A stretch of DNA of 62,311 bases, the filler included. It is 6 parts of 6 records of this genome, joined end to end, with 100 filler letters (N's around TTAATTAATTAA, not from the genome) between each part and the next. Parts side by side here need not be neighbours in the genome. Positions count along the whole stretch, not along the records: positions 1 to 21,206 come from SRR31156797_8609; 5 more parts are not named here. One strand, given 5' to 3'. Under the pieces are notes generated by a model, which saw nothing but the letters and a program-made list of their open reading frames with translations, was not told where the DNA came from and did no database searches. Positions 1 through 10,940 of the stretch are shown here, one piece after another. Within the stretch, counting starts at the first letter, position 1. Each line of letters starts with the position of its first letter. The position numbers were made by a program, and so were the translations under genes.

Positions 1-26
1 TACGTAGAAAATCAGTAACGCAGCAT

Positions 27-59
27 AAGAAAAGCCCCAACACTTTCGTGTCGGGGCTT
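27..59 (-). terminator. Intrinsic terminator of the Csr sRNA
   Basis: AAGCCCC...GGGGCTT stem with an A-run on plus (U-tract on minus). Confidence 0.8.
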
Positions 60-416
60 AAGTCTTGCGCGCAGCTATCCGGCTACAAATGTATGCGTCC
101 TGCATCATCCTTAAAAACTGAATCCTTCAGCTACTCCTGTCATCGCCTTCCTAGCGGTGTCCTTTGTTATCCTTAGTGCTAACCTATCCTGTTAGCGCAC
201 ATCACTTGTTCCTTGAGCGGTGTCCTTCCCATCTTCCTGATGGTGTCCTACCCTTTCCTAGGGTTATCCTTTTGCTGTCCTTGCCAACCAACATCATTGT
301 TAGCTGTTGAATCCGTTCGCTTTCCTATCCCTATGGTAATTAATCCTTAACTACCGTTTCTTCCTGAAGCCACCATCCATTGGTGAATCCTGTTTCCGTG
401 TCAGTTCCCTTCCGAC
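27..416 (-). ncRNA. CsrB/CsrC-family CsrA-sequestering sRNA
   Basis: About 27 GGA motifs on the minus strand (TCC on plus) between 61 and 416, many in small hairpins. Rho-independent terminator at 27-59, upstream VarA/UvrY box, and no credible ORF. Ends are approximate. Confidence 0.88.
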
Positions 417-574
417 CCGATTTAATTTACGCCTTTGAGCTTTTTGTGCAATCACCTGAATAGAAATATTCTTGAACAAAAAGCAAACGATAAAATCAAT
501 CTCATACTATTCAACAAGTTAATTCATAAAGAGAGAGGATTACTCTGTTTAAAACTCTTATATCTCACATCACT

Positions 575-592
575 TGTAAGAGATCTCGCACA
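575..592 (-). promoter_or_regulatory. VarA/UvrY (GacA) binding box
   Basis: Minus strand reads TGTGCGAGATCTCTTACA, one mismatch to the TGTGAGAGATCTCTTACA box of csrB promoters, about 160 nt upstream of the sRNA start. Confidence 0.85.
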
Positions 593-726
593 GAGCTCTT
601 CCTGTTTATCTATTTGTAATTGTCGACGTCATAATCAATGCACATGATAGAGTTCAAAAAACAACAATCATTAGACCATTGGCAGGTTTGATTATAAGAT
701 CAAACAATCAAAATTAAGGATAAAAA

Positions 727-1020
727 ATGCTTACACAAGACGTCACTAAAGAGCTGGAAAGTGTATTAAACGCACTTCAGCAACAAGGAAAAGAACCGAC
801 GGTTGCAATGGTCAAATCTCGTTTAAGTACTAGTGTCCCATTGCCTGCACTCGTTACCGCGATCAAAAGCTGGAAGAACGCGAATCAAGTTCCAAAGATA
901 GAAGTTGCAGCTAAATCGGCGACAGAGGTCGATCGAGTAACACAATTAGAGCAAAGTGTTGAGCAGCTCCTTAAGCGAGTTGAGCAGTTGGAAAAGAAAT
1001 TAAATGAGGTATCTTCATGA
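727..1020 (+). CDS. Hypothetical protein (KfrA-N-like helical N-terminus plus coiled coil)
   Basis: 97-aa ORF with AAGGA RBS; stop overlaps the yaiI start (ATGA). Confidence 0.7.
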   Translation: MLTQDVTKELESVLNALQQQGKEPTVAMVKSRLSTSVPLPALVTAIKSWKNANQVPKIEVAAKSATEVDRVTQLEQSVEQLLKRVEQLEKKLNEVSS

Positions 1021-1466
1021 AAATTTGGGTCGATGCCGACGCTTGCCCGAAAGTCATTCGAGAAACCATAGTACGGGCGGCAGAACGCACTGGTATTGAG
1101 TGCACTTTCGTCGCTAACCATGTTGTGCCTGTACCTAAGCGAGTAAACATCCATTCTCTGCAAGTTCCTGCGGGGTTTGATATTGCAGACAACGAGATTG
1201 TAAGGCGTGTTGAAGCGAGTGATTTAGTGATTACTTCTGATATTCCGCTGGCAGACGAAGTGATAACCAAGGGTGGTCTCGCCCTCAGTTCTAGGGGTGA
1301 GCTGTATACTAAAGATACCATCAAAGCACGTCTGAATATTCGTGATTTTATGGATACCATGCGCTCCAGTGGCATCCAAACCGGTGGCCCAAATGCTTTG
1401 TCCCAGACAGAAAGGCGTGAGTTCGCTAACCACCTTGATAGGTACTTAGCAAAATTTAAAAAATAA
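1017..1466 (+). CDS. yaiI: YaiI/YqxD family protein (UPF0178)
   Basis: [12 protein letters not shown]-terminus and [11 protein letters not shown] motif. Confidence 0.92.
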   Translation: MKIWVDADACPKVIRETIVRAAERTGIECTFVANHVVPVPKRVNIHSLQVPAGFDIADNEIVRRVEASDLVITSDIPLADEVITKGGLALSSRGELYTKDTIKARLNIRDFMDTMRSSGIQTGGPNALSQTERREFANHLDRYLAKFKK

Positions 1467-1490
1467 TAGAAAGCCACCTGTTTTAAACGT

Positions 1491-1520
1491 AAAAAAACCT
1501 GCGAAGTTCGCAGGTTTTTT
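1491..1520. terminator. Bidirectional intrinsic terminator
   Basis: AAAAAAACCTGCGAAGTTCGCAGGTTTTTT between convergent genes. Confidence 0.85.
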
Positions 1521-1537
1521 ATTATCTATACAACCGA

Positions 1538-3124
1538 TTAAGGTGTGTAGTAGGTCGCAGCGCCAGGGCCTACTGGTAAACCTAGCAGGAATACCCAAAT
1601 GTAGAACAATAAACTCCACCCCACAATAAAGCAGATCGAGTAAGGAAGCATGGTCGCAATCAGCGTACCGATTCCCAAGTTCTTCATGTAACGTGTTGCA
1701 ACCGCAAGGATAAGACCAAAGTAGCTCATCATAGGTGTGATGATGTTCGTCGTTGAGTCACCGATACGGTATGCCGCTTGAATAGTTTCAGGCGCGTAGC
1801 CCACAAGCATTAACATAGGTACGAAGATAGGTGCAGTTACAGCCCACTGCGCTGAAGCAGAACCAATCATTAGGTTAATGAAGCCACACATTAGGATAAA
1901 TGCGAAGAACAACATTGGACCTGTTAGACCAATCTCTTGTAGGAAACCTGCACCCGCAACCGCGAATACTTGCCCAAAGTTAGTCCACTTAAAGAAAGCA
2001 ACGAACTGAGCTGCGAAGAATACCAATACAATGTACATGCCCATCGAAGACATCGATTTAGACATCGCATCAATAACATCACGGTCAGTTTTCATTGTGC
2101 CAACAACACGGCCGTATACAAAGCCAGGGATAGCAAAGAATACGAAGATGAAAGCAACGATACTTTTCAGGAATGGAGAACCTGCTACAGTACCTGTCGC
2201 TGAACGTAGAACGCCATCAGCAGGAACAATCGTCCACGCTAGAAGTGCACTTACTGCCAGTACAGCTATACCTGCCAGTTTCAGACCACGCTTTTCAACG
2301 TCCGTTAGTTTACCCATTTTGTCTTGAGAAAGATCTTCTGACGCTTCTTCTTGGTTGTATTTACCCAGTTTTGGCTCAACGATTTTCTCAGTTACAAATG
2401 CACCAGTGATTGCGATAAAGAAAGTTGAAATGAACATGAAGTACCAGTTCACTTCAGGACCAACGGTGTACGTTGGATCAATCATCTGTGCAGCTGTTTC
2501 AGTAATGCCTGAAAGCAATGGGTCAACAGTACCAATCAGTAGGTTTGCAGAGTAACCGCCAGATACACCAGCAAACGCTGCTGCTAAACCAGCTAGAGGG
2601 TGACGACCTAATGAGTGGAACAACATTGCTGCTAGTGGAATCAATACCACATAGCCAAGTTCTGATGCTGTATTAGAAATAATACCTGCAAACACAACCG
2701 TTACCGTAACCATACGAGCTGAAGCGCCCATTACTAGACCACGCATAGCAGCAGAAAGAAGACCTGAATATTCAGCAATCGCAACACCAAGCATCGCAAC
2801 AAGCACTGTGCCTAGTGGCGCAAAGCCAACAAAGTTTTTAACTAGGTTAGTTACAATCAGTTGCAGACCTTCAGCGTTTAATAAGCTGACAACATGGATC
2901 ATACCGTCGGCCGCTCGGCCTTTCGCGCCTTCAGGGCGTGGATCCATTACAGATACTTCAAAGTAACCTGCAATACCTGATGTAATCAAAATCGCTAAAC
3001 AGAATAAAGCGAATAAAGTAATCGGGTGGGGTAATAGATTCCCTAAATACTCAACACTGTCTAGAAATCGCGTAAATAGTGATTTTTTAGGTGTTGGTTT
3101 GTTTATTGAAGCAGATGAACTCAC
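1538..3124 (-). CDS. abgT: AbgT family transporter
   Basis: GNLLPHPITLF, GYSAN and AYRIGDSTTNIITP motifs; polytopic membrane protein. Confidence 0.9.
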   Translation of the reverse strand: MSSSASINKPTPKKSLFTRFLDSVEYLGNLLPHPITLFALFCLAILITSGIAGYFEVSVMDPRPEGAKGRAADGMIHVVSLLNAEGLQLIVTNLVKNFVGFAPLGTVLVAMLGVAIAEYSGLLSAAMRGLVMGASARMVTVTVVFAGIISNTASELGYVVLIPLAAMLFHSLGRHPLAGLAAAFAGVSGGYSANLLIGTVDPLLSGITETAAQMIDPTYTVGPEVNWYFMFISTFFIAITGAFVTEKIVEPKLGKYNQEEASEDLSQDKMGKLTDVEKRGLKLAGIAVLAVSALLAWTIVPADGVLRSATGTVAGSPFLKSIVAFIFVFFAIPGFVYGRVVGTMKTDRDVIDAMSKSMSSMGMYIVLVFFAAQFVAFFKWTNFGQVFAVAGAGFLQEIGLTGPMLFFAFILMCGFINLMIGSASAQWAVTAPIFVPMLMLVGYAPETIQAAYRIGDSTTNIITPMMSYFGLILAVATRYMKNLGIGTLIATMLPYSICFIVGWSLLFYIWVFLLGLPVGPGAATYYTP

Positions 3125-3437
3125 CTGTTCCTCCTTGTCATTTTATCTATGCATTGTGACAAAAATGTCAAAAGCAGCGGCGAAGATTACTCGACGCAAT
3201 GGGCAATACAAAATCAAAGATGTTACAAGGCATTACAAAATGAGTGAAAAATACACCAAAACAACCAATTAAGCAGTCATTTAAACCATAATATTACATA
3301 TATAAAACATTATGCGTTATTAAATGTAATTATTAATTAGCAAAAGCAACTGTCACGCTAAGCCCTTTCTATCATTAGCTTTCACGTCTCAATGTGGTAT
3401 TTTTGCTTTTTTGGGAAACGAAGATTTACTGACCAAC

Positions 3438-4133
3438 ATGCACTCAACATCTCCTATTGCTGTTATTGAAACGCCATACAAAGAAAAATTTTCGGTTCCT
3501 CGTCAGCCGCGTTTGGTTCCTAGTGCATCCGCGAGAATAAAATTGCTAGGCGACTTAAACTGTATGGAAGCTATTCGAGGCATTGAGCAATTTAGCCATT
3601 TGTGGATTCTGTTTTTGTTTGACCAAAATTTAGCCGCGGGTTGGAAGCCTACTGTTCGCCCCCCTAGATTGGGCGGAAACGAACGCGTTGGCGTTCTCGC
3701 ATCACGCTCGACATTTCGTCCAAATGGTATTGGTATGTCGGCAGTAGAGCTGCACGGTATAAATAAAGAGGGCGATCAAATCTATATTGAAGTGGGAAGC
3801 GTTGATCTGGTCGATCAAACCCCGATTATCGATATCAAGCCTTATATCCCCTACTCCGACGCCATCGTCGATGCGCAAGGTGGCTACGCAGATAGTGAAC
3901 CTGAAAGAGTCGAAGTCCTATTTTCAGAACAAGCGCTAAAAACGTTAAACAAGTCGCCCAACGGGCAAGCACAACAAGCGGTTATTCGAGAAGTTTTAGC
4001 TCAGGATCCTCGTCCAGCCTACAAAAAGAATAAGCCTGACGACAAAGAATACGCAGCAAATTTGTACGATTTGAACGTAAAATTCACCGTTACAGGTAAC
4101 TTAGTGACGGTTACCACGATTGAACACTTTTGA
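3438..4133 (+). CDS. trmO: tRNA m6t6A37 methyltransferase TrmO (TsaA)
   Basis: PRQP, TVRPPRLGGN, SRSTFRPNGIG and DIKPY motifs; lies upstream of proS. ATG 3438 preferred to TTG 3411. Confidence 0.92.
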   Translation: MHSTSPIAVIETPYKEKFSVPRQPRLVPSASARIKLLGDLNCMEAIRGIEQFSHLWILFLFDQNLAAGWKPTVRPPRLGGNERVGVLASRSTFRPNGIGMSAVELHGINKEGDQIYIEVGSVDLVDQTPIIDIKPYIPYSDAIVDAQGGYADSEPERVEVLFSEQALKTLNKSPNGQAQQAVIREVLAQDPRPAYKKNKPDDKEYAANLYDLNVKFTVTGNLVTVTTIEHF

Positions 4134-4231
4134 CATTGGCTTTTGGCTGATATTATAAGCGGCTAAACAAAATTTCCGCCGTTGTAACTTCAATGGCGAT
4201 TTATCATCACCAAAATAAACGGATACCATAA

Positions 4232-5947
4232 ATGCGTACCAGTAACTATCTTCTTTCAACTCTGAAGGAGACTCCAAACGACGCAGAAGTTGTGAGCCAC
4301 CAGCTCATGCTACGTGCAGGTATGATCCGTAAGCTAGCTTCAGGTCTTTACACCTGGCTACCTACAGGTCTGCGCGTAATGCGTAAAGTCGAAAACATCG
4401 TTCGTCAAGAAATCGATAACGCAGGCGCAATCGAAACTTTGATGCCCGTTGTTCAGCCGTTTGAACTATGGGAAGAGACAGGCCGCTCAGAAAAAATGGG
4501 CCCCGAGCTACTTCGCTTTACTGACCGCCATACTCGTCCGTTTGTACTTAGCCCAACAGCTGAAGAAGTGATTACCAGCCTTGTTCGTAACGAAGTGAGT
4601 TCTTACAAACAACTGCCATTAAACCTGTACCAAATCCAAACCAAGTTCCGCGATGAACGCCGCCCTCGCTTTGGTGTCATGCGCTCTCGCGAATTTTCAA
4701 TGATGGATGCGTACAGCTTCGATATTGATAAAGAAGGTCTGCAAAAATCGTACGATGCGATGCACGATGCTTACTGTAAAGCATTCGATCGCATGGGGCT
4801 GGATTACCGTCCGGTACTTGCTGATAGCGGTGCTATCGGTGGTAGCGGCTCTCAAGAGTTCCATGTTCTTGCCGAAAGTGGCGAGGATCTAATCGCATTC
4901 TCAACAGAATCCGATTACGCGGCAAACATCGAAAAAGCAGAAGCGGTAGCTCTAGCAGAAGAAGCAGCTGCACCAACTCAAGAGATGACTTTGGTTGATA
5001 CACCAAACGCGAAAACAATCGCTGAATTGGTTGAACAACATGGTCTGCCTATCGAGAAAACAATCAAGACTCTATTCTTCAAAGCGTCTGATGAAGTTGA
5101 AGCACCAATCATCGCATTGCTTGTACGCGGCGACCACGAGCTGAACGAAGTAAAAGCAGAAAACCTTCCACAAGTTGCGGCTCCATTAGAGATGGCGACA
5201 GAAGAAGAAATCCGTGCGCTTGTCGGCGCAGGCCCAGGTTCTCTAGGCCCTGTTGGTTTGAAACTACCTTTCATTGTTGATCGCAGTGTAGCGGTCATGA
5301 GTGACTTTGGCGCAGGTGCAAACATCGATGACAAACACTACTTCGGTATTAACTGGGGACGTGATGTTGAACTGGGTCAAGTTGAAGATCTGCGTAACGT
5401 TGTTGAAGGTGATCCTAGCCCATGTGGTAAAGGTGCCATCATGCTTAAGCGTGGCATCGAAGTCGGTCACATCTTCCAATTGGGTAAGAACTACTCAGAG
5501 AAAATGAACTGTGGTGTTCTTGGCCCAGACGGTAAAAACGTTATCCTAGAAATGGGTTGTTACGGTATCGGTGTAACTCGTGTTGTTGCTGCTGCTATCG
5601 AGCAAAACCATGACAAATACGGCATTATCTGGCCAGATGCTCTAGCACCATTCCAGGTGGCTATTGTTCCAATGAACATGCACAAATCTGAGCGCGTTAA
5701 AGAAGAAGCTGAGAAACTATACGCTGAGCTAACAGCGGCAGGTATCGAAGTACTATTCGACGATCGTAAAGAACGCCCTGGTGTTATGTTCTCTGATATG
5801 GAACTTATCGGCGTACCACACACGATCATCATTGGTGACCGTAGCATGGACGAAGGTAACTTCGAATACAAAAACCGTCGCACAGGTGAAAAAGCACCGG
5901 TTGCAATGGCAAATATCATCGAGCACATTCAGTCTCAATTGGCTTAA
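4232..5947 (+). CDS. proS: Proline--tRNA ligase
   Basis: [34 protein letters not shown] and [10 protein letters not shown] motifs. Confidence 0.98.
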   Translation: MRTSNYLLSTLKETPNDAEVVSHQLMLRAGMIRKLASGLYTWLPTGLRVMRKVENIVRQEIDNAGAIETLMPVVQPFELWEETGRSEKMGPELLRFTDRHTRPFVLSPTAEEVITSLVRNEVSSYKQLPLNLYQIQTKFRDERRPRFGVMRSREFSMMDAYSFDIDKEGLQKSYDAMHDAYCKAFDRMGLDYRPVLADSGAIGGSGSQEFHVLAESGEDLIAFSTESDYAANIEKAEAVALAEEAAAPTQEMTLVDTPNAKTIAELVEQHGLPIEKTIKTLFFKASDEVEAPIIALLVRGDHELNEVKAENLPQVAAPLEMATEEEIRALVGAGPGSLGPVGLKLPFIVDRSVAVMSDFGAGANIDDKHYFGINWGRDVELGQVEDLRNVVEGDPSPCGKGAIMLKRGIEVGHIFQLGKNYSEKMNCGVLGPDGKNVILEMGCYGIGVTRVVAAAIEQNHDKYGIIWPDALAPFQVAIVPMNMHKSERVKEEAEKLYAELTAAGIEVLFDDRKERPGVMFSDMELIGVPHTIIIGDRSMDEGNFEYKNRRTGEKAPVAMANIIEHIQSQLA

Positions 5948-5965
5948 TATCGAGATACTTCTCTT

Positions 5966-5991
5966 AAAGGCTGCCTTGTGCAGCCTTTTTT
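5966..5991 (+). terminator. Intrinsic terminator after proS
   Basis: AAAGGCTGC-CTTGT-GCAGCCTTTTTT. Confidence 0.8.
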
Positions 5992-6140
5992 ATTTCACAT
6001 TGTTTAAAAATCACCCTTCCTTTAAGTAACTTTGAGCTGGCTCAAAGGTCGGCTTTGTCTTCATTCCTGTCTCTGTGTATATTGAGACCAATTATCATTT
6101 ATATAGCAGACATTGGATTCTGTACTCATAGGAAAAAGTT

Positions 6141-6347
6141 ATGCAAGTTTACGGTTGTTGCGATTTAGTACGTGAGCTTTACGCTCAAATTGGCAGTGGC
6201 GATCAAGCCTACATTCCTCAGGCAATCAGCTGCGCTGTTCGCGCACTGAACGATGTTGCTGCAGATACCTCCTTACCAAAAGAAGTTCGTGAAAAAGCCG
6301 CATTTGCAGCAGCAAATCTACTGATTTCTGATTTCGAGGATAAGTAA
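6141..6347 (+). CDS. yaeP: YaeP family protein (UPF0253)
   Basis: [20 protein letters not shown] and AFAAANLL. Confidence 0.85.
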   Translation: MQVYGCCDLVRELYAQIGSGDQAYIPQAISCAVRALNDVAADTSLPKEVREKAAFAAANLLISDFEDK

Positions 6348-6538
6348 TGAACTTGGCGAATTTTGCAACCATGGACACTGTGATGCTAATGAGCATAGTG
6401 AACATGAAACTGCGTGATGACTTCAACGGCGATTTAGATAAGCTAGTGGCTTACTTTGACATTGACCGAGCTGCGCTGGAAGCTAAGCTGGCAACCGCTG
6501 GGTTTGATTTTTTGCCTGAGGCTGGTCAGTTTCGTTGA
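6347..6538 (+). CDS. DUF4250 family protein
   Basis: MLMSIVNMKLRD motif; TAATG coupling to yaeP. Confidence 0.8.
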   Translation: MNLANFATMDTVMLMSIVNMKLRDDFNGDLDKLVAYFDIDRAALEAKLATAGFDFLPEAGQFR

Positions 6539-6547
6539 TGCTCTATA

Positions 6548-6649
6548 GGGATTAAAGGAACTGTCCACAAAGCGCTCGAGACATCCATGTGCGCTTAGAC
6601 AATGGCATCCATGCCCTTGTAAATTTGTTCCACCATACACTTTAATCTC
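6548..6649. repeat. Imperfect nested palindrome (REP/MITE-like)
   Basis: Outer GGGATTAAAG/CTTTAATCTC inverted repeat enclosing two CATCCATG-centred hairpins (6581-6590, 6604-6615). Confidence 0.45.
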
Positions 6650-6670
6650 TCAGTATGATTTAGAATCGAC

Positions 6671-6702
6671 AAAAAAGCGCAAACCAATCGGTTTGCGCTT
6701 TT
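6671..6702 (-). terminator. Intrinsic terminator after purL
   Basis: AAAAAAGCGCAAACC-AATC-GGTTTGCGCTTTT. Confidence 0.85.
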
Positions 6703-6743
6703 GTTTATATGAAATTTAGTGGTTTTAATTGACCAGCTGTCAG

Positions 6744-9700
6744 TTAACCAAGGTTCTTACGTGCGTTCTGGAACATACGCATCCAAGCGCCGTTTTCGCC
6801 CCAGCTATCAGGGTGCCATGAGTTCGCCACAGTGCGGAATACACGCTCTGGGTGAGGCATCATGATAGTGACACGACCATCAGCCGTTGTTAGACCAGTG
6901 ATTGCGTTTGGTGAACCGTTAGGGTTGTTCGGATATTGTTGAGTTGGGTTACCCAAGTTATCAACAAAGCGAACCGCTACCGTACCTGAATTCTCGATTG
7001 CTGCCAGGTGTTCATCATCACGAACTTCTACACGACCTTCACCGTGAGAAACCGCGATTGGCATGCGAGAGCCAGCCATTCCATCAAAGAATACAGAATC
7101 CGATTTCTGTACTTCAACCAAGCTGAAGCGAGCTTCAAAACGCTCAGATTCGTTACGCACGAAACGTGGCCATAAATCTGCACCCGGAATCAGTTCTTTC
7201 AGGTTAGAAAGCATCTGACAGCCATTACATACACCTAGAGAGAAAGTATCTTCACGCTTAAAGAACGTTTCAAACTGGTCACGAGCTTGTGCATTAAATA
7301 GCACTGACTTCGCCCAGCCTTCACCAGCGCCTAATACGTCACCGTAAGAGAAACCACCACAAGCCACAAGGCCTTGGTACTCTTCCAGTACAGCTGCACC
7401 AGTCAGGATATCGCTCATGTGGATGTCAGTCGCTTCAAAGCCAGCACGATCAAACGCTGCTGCCATTTCTACATGCGAGTTAACACCCTGTTCACGTAGA
7501 ATTGCCATCTTAGGCTTAGCACCTTTCGCAATGTAAGGCGCTGCAACATCTTCGTTAGTGTCGAAGCTTAGCTTCACGTTCAGACCTGGGTCAGAGTTAT
7601 CTTTCTTCGCTGCAAACTCTTGGTCTGCACACGCTGAATTGTCACGCAGCGCCTGCATCTTATGCGTCATTTCAGCCCAGATAGTGCGAAGCTCTGTTCT
7701 TGAGCGGTCAATCAGTACTGTTTCACCACAAGCGATAACCAACTTGTCAGAAGCTTCTACTGCGCCTACTACGTGTGAACATGCTGCTAAGCCGTTGTCA
7801 GCAAGAACAGCCAGTACAGCGTCAAGTTCATCGTTCTTAACCTGAACCACAGCACCTAGCTCTTCGTTAAACAATGCAGCTAGTGCATCTTCACCTAGAG
7901 CTTCAATGTTCGCTTTAACACCACAGTGACCAGCAAACGCCATTTCAGCAAGAGTCACGAATAGGCCACCGTCGCCTTTATCATGGTAAGCGATCAGCTT
8001 GTCGTTGCTGACTAAGCTTTGAATTGCATTGAAGAAGCCTTTTAGCTGCTCTGCGTTGTCCACGTCAGCAGGTTTGTCACCCAACTGTTTGTAAACCTGC
8101 GCCAGTGCAGTCGCACCCAGACGGTTCTTACCGTTACCTAGGTCGATAAGTACTAGGCTTGATTCACCTAAATCTGTACGTAGCTGTGGAGTTACCGTCT
8201 TGCGAACATCTTCGACACGTGAGAATGCAGTGATAACCAGTGAAAGTGGAGAAGTCACTTCTTTGTCTTCGCCATTTTCGTTCCACTTAGTCTTCATCGA
8301 CATGGAATCTTTACCCACAGGGATAGTCAGACCAAGAGCAGGACAAAGTTCTTCACCGACCGCTTTCACCGCTTCATAAAGACCTGCGTCTTCACCTGGG
8401 TGACCCGCTGGAGACATCCAGTTAGCCGATAGTTTGATACGTTTGATATCGCCGATCTCAGTTGCTGCAATGTTTGTGATTGACTCACCTACAGCCAGAC
8501 GAGCAGACGCACCAAAGTCCAGTAGTGCAACAGGCGTACGTTCACCCATCGCCATGACTTCACCGTGGTAAGTGTCATAACTTGCTGCGGTTACTGCGCA
8601 GTTCGCTACAGGAACCTGCCAAGGGCCAACCATTTGGTCACGAGCAACTAGACCCGTTACCGTACGGTCACCGATGGTGATAAGGAATGTTTTCTCAGCA
8701 ACAGCTGGAAGACGTAAAACGCGCTCAACTGCTTCATTCAGTTCAATACCTGAACGATCAATTGCTGGGCTCTCAACTTTCGCTGTCTTCGCATCGCGGT
8801 GCATCTTAGGTGTTTTACCTAGTAACACATCCATTGGCATATCAATTGGCGTGTTATCGAAATGCGTATCTTCCAGCTTCAATTCACGCTCTTCCGTAGC
8901 AACACCTACGACTGCGTAAGGTGCACGTTCGCGCTTACAAATAGCATCAAATGCCGCCATATTTTCAGGCGCAACCGCCATTACATAACGCTCTTGAGAT
9001 TCGTTACACCAAATTTCCAGAGGGCTCATTCCCGGCTCGTCATTTGGCACATCACGCAGTTGGAAGATACCGCCACGTTCACCATCATCAACAAGCTCTG
9101 GTAGTGCGTTAGAGATACCGCCCGCGCCCACATCGTGGATAAAAGAGATTGGGTTCGCTTCACCAAGCTGCCAACAACGGTCAATCACTTCCTGACAACG
9201 ACGTTCCATCTCTGGGTTTTCACGTTGTACCGAAGCAAAATCCAAATCTTCCGCTGACTGGCCAGAAGCCATTGAAGAAGCCGCACCACCGCCAAGGCCG
9301 ATGTTCATTGCAGGACCGCCAAGAACAATCAGGCTTGCACCGACAGGAATCTCTTTCTTCTGTACGTGTTCATCACGGATGTTACCTAAACCACCAGCGA
9401 TCATGATTGGCTTGTGGTAACCACGCACTTCTTCACCCGCGTGAGAAGTCACCTTCTCTTCGTAAGTACGGAAGTAACCTAATAGGTTTGGACGACCAAA
9501 TTCGTTGTTGAATGCTGCGCCACCCAGAGGGCCTTCAAGCATAATATCCAATGCATTAACGATACGACCTGGCTTACCGAAATCGGTTTCCCAAGGTTGT
9601 ACGAAGTTTGGAATACGTAGGTTCGAAGTTGTGAAACCAACTAAGCCAGCTTTTGGTTTACCACCAATACCGGTTGCACCTTCATCACGAATTTCACCGC

Positions 9701-10640
9701 CAGAACCTGTAGAAGCGCCCGGCCATGGAGAGATAGCCGTTGGGTGGTTGTGTGTTTCCACCTTCATTAAGATGTGAGCTTTCTCGTGGCTGTAGCCATA
9801 CTGACGTGTTTCTGGGTTCGGGAAGAAACGACCAACTTCAGAGCCTTCCATTACCGCTGCGTTATCTTTGTAAGCAGAAAGAACGTAATCAGGAGTCAGC
9901 TCCATGGTGTTCTTAATCATCTTGAATAGAGACTTGTCTTGCTTAACGCCATCGATAGTCCAATCTGCGTTGAAGATCTTGTGACGGCAGTGCTCAGAGT
10001 TTGCCTGAGCAAACATCATAAGTTCGATATCAGTCGGGTTACGCTCCAGCTTAGTGACGAAGCTATCCACCAAGTAGTCGATTTCGTCTTCAGCCAACGC
10101 TAGACCAAGGGTAACGTTTGCTTCTTCAAGCGCTTTACGGCCACCAGTAAGTAAGTCAACGTAAGCAACTGGGGCTGGCTCAGCCGATTGGAACAGTGCT
10201 GCCGCTTGATCGAATTCTGTGAATACCACTTCCATCATACGATCATGCAAAAGAGCATTAACGCTTGAAATCTGCTCTGCTGAAAGTTCAGCTTCAGATT
10301 CAATGTAGTAAGCCGTACCGCGCTCTAGTCGCTTAACGTTCGCTAAACCACAGTTGTGTGCGATATCTGTCGCTTTAGAAGACCAAGGAGAAATAGTACC
10401 CGGGCGAGGAGTCACAAGAAGAAGCAAACCTTGCGGCTCGTGTTCTTGAATCGTTGGACCGTAAGTCAGCAGTTTTTCTAACTTCTCGATGTCACTGCTG
10501 TCCAGTTCAGCTTTGAGGTCAGCAAAGTGCATGAACTCAGCATAGATACCTGTCACAGGCAGGTTTTGTTCACGACACGTCTCGAGTAGTTTGTTTACAC
10601 GAAACTCAGAAAGAGCTGGGGAGCCACGCAAAATTCTCAT
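6744..10640 (-). CDS. purL: Phosphoribosylformylglycinamidine synthase (large PurL)
   Basis: [27 protein letters not shown] and MMPHPER motifs; ATG at 10640 (MRILRG). Confidence 0.98.
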   Translation of the reverse strand: MRILRGSPALSEFRVNKLLETCREQNLPVTGIYAEFMHFADLKAELDSSDIEKLEKLLTYGPTIQEHEPQGLLLLVTPRPGTISPWSSKATDIAHNCGLANVKRLERGTAYYIESEAELSAEQISSVNALLHDRMMEVVFTEFDQAAALFQSAEPAPVAYVDLLTGGRKALEEANVTLGLALAEDEIDYLVDSFVTKLERNPTDIELMMFAQANSEHCRHKIFNADWTIDGVKQDKSLFKMIKNTMELTPDYVLSAYKDNAAVMEGSEVGRFFPNPETRQYGYSHEKAHILMKVETHNHPTAISPWPGASTGSGGEIRDEGATGIGGKPKAGLVGFTTSNLRIPNFVQPWETDFGKPGRIVNALDIMLEGPLGGAAFNNEFGRPNLLGYFRTYEEKVTSHAGEEVRGYHKPIMIAGGLGNIRDEHVQKKEIPVGASLIVLGGPAMNIGLGGGAASSMASGQSAEDLDFASVQRENPEMERRCQEVIDRCWQLGEANPISFIHDVGAGGISNALPELVDDGERGGIFQLRDVPNDEPGMSPLEIWCNESQERYVMAVAPENMAAFDAICKRERAPYAVVGVATEERELKLEDTHFDNTPIDMPMDVLLGKTPKMHRDAKTAKVESPAIDRSGIELNEAVERVLRLPAVAEKTFLITIGDRTVTGLVARDQMVGPWQVPVANCAVTAASYDTYHGEVMAMGERTPVALLDFGASARLAVGESITNIAATEIGDIKRIKLSANWMSPAGHPGEDAGLYEAVKAVGEELCPALGLTIPVGKDSMSMKTKWNENGEDKEVTSPLSLVITAFSRVEDVRKTVTPQLRTDLGESSLVLIDLGNGKNRLGATALAQVYKQLGDKPADVDNAEQLKGFFNAIQSLVSNDKLIAYHDKGDGGLFVTLAEMAFAGHCGVKANIEALGEDALAALFNEELGAVVQVKNDELDAVLAVLADNGLAACSHVVGAVEASDKLVIACGETVLIDRSRTELRTIWAEMTHKMQALRDNSACADQEFAAKKDNSDPGLNVKLSFDTNEDVAAPYIAKGAKPKMAILREQGVNSHVEMAAAFDRAGFEATDIHMSDILTGAAVLEEYQGLVACGGFSYGDVLGAGEGWAKSVLFNAQARDQFETFFKREDTFSLGVCNGCQMLSNLKELIPGADLWPRFVRNESERFEARFSLVEVQKSDSVFFDGMAGSRMPIAVSHGEGRVEVRDDEHLAAIENSGTVAVRFVDNLGNPTQQYPNNPNGSPNAITGLTTADGRVTIMMPHPERVFRTVANSWHPDSWGENGAWMRMFQNARKNLG

Positions 10641-10793
10641 GTGCAAAGGTCTCTATATCCATTGGTTGAGGTGTAATTGGTATAAATTCAATTAAATATC
10701 AGTACGTTAAACTAACTTTATGGAATTTATGCCGATTTCATCTCCCTAATGGCTGCGCATTATAGAGGATTTTTTTTTGTGACGTAACACCAA

Positions 10794-10809
10794 AAGCAAC
10801 CGTTTGCGT
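10794..10809 (-). promoter_or_regulatory. PurR operator
   Basis: Minus strand ACGCAAACGGTTGCTT resembles the PurR consensus ACGCAAACGTTTTCGT, upstream of purL. Confidence 0.8.
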
Positions 10810-10940
10810 CATTTTTTTTATTAATTTTGAATTCCACCCTATTTGAGCACATTTCAAACACGATAAACCTAACCTTTCCGCATCAGATAATACGCAATTC
10901 CTTTGCCATCGTTTAATGCTTTGGTATAAAGAACACATCA

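Noticed and set aside
435-647. 70-aa ORF upstream of the Csr RNA
   Set aside because: TTG start, no RBS, and it overlaps the sRNA promoter and VarA box.
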